Virus record (IMG/VR): IMGVR_UViG_3300014962_000009
Coordinates: 1 to 55,836 of that record
DNA from: a virus
Lineage: Duplodnaviria; Caudoviricetes
DNA: 55,836 nucleotides
Strand: one strand, 5' to 3'
Position numbers and translations under genes: made by a program. How positions within the stretch are numbered: position 1 is the first letter of the stretch; each line of letters begins with the position of its first letter. Positions 55,637-55,836 of this stretch are shown here, piece by piece. The notes under the pieces are model-generated. The model was not told where the DNA came from and did no database searches. It saw nothing but the letters and a program-made list of their open reading frames with translations.

Positions 55637-55836
55637 TTACCTCTGTTTTCTAAGCGTGATCAAACCACCACGCGCCAATCTAAAAAATTTTGATAACTGC
55701 ATTCTTGCCGCATATTCCTGTGGTGACATGTAAATATTTGTTTCGGTGTCAATTTGCGGAACTTCTCCTGCTGGATATGACGTTGTTGTCGTTGTGTATA
55801 GTGGGCTAAACACCGGCCTTCCACCACCACCACCGC
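55637..55836 (-). CDS. C-terminal end of the gene starting at 3238 (across the circular junction)
   Basis: Reads GGGGGRPVFSPLY...FRLARGGLITLRKQR-stop; same Gly frame as positions 2-19. Confidence 0.7.
   Translation of the reverse strand, partial: GGGGGRPVFSPLYTTTTTSYPAGEVPQIDTETNIYMSPQEYAARMQLSKFFRLARGGLITLRKQR

Noticed and set aside
1-55836. Prophage or integration module
   Set aside because: No integrase, att-like site or flanking host genes recognised.

Overview
This window is an essentially complete ~55.8 kb dsDNA tailed-phage genome with a podovirus-like layout. The host is probably a freshwater betaproteobacterium (inference from gene content). The contig is linearised inside a poly-Gly tract of one large virion/ejection gene whose two halves join in frame across the ends. 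The minus strand carries packaging (TerS, TerL, portal), head (scaffold, GroES-like co-chaperonin, capsid), adaptor, nozzle, fibre, lysis (holin plus GH108) and ejection genes, plus a replication module (Cro-like HTH, DUF1376 initiator, DnaB-like helicase, RuvC-like resolvase). A plus-strand block at 42.6-49.3 kb holds early/accessory genes. No integrase, DNA polymerase, reverse transcriptase, canonical tRNA or CRISPR array was seen. Most notable observations: (1) a gene-free ~530 nt array of interlocked structured RNA units with conserved scaffolds and variable loops at 36.57-37.09 kb; (2) a genome-wide [MLFY][AK]xGG peptide motif repeated in many late proteins, suggesting a processing or encapsidation code; (3) three tandem 7-blade beta-propeller fibre paralogues followed by a glycosyltransferase-methyltransferase fusion; (4) an antisense/attenuator-like three-way-junction RNA in front of the replication initiator; (5) a TGT/DpdA-like gene without Que synthesis genes. 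All calls come from reading the sequence; no database search was run.
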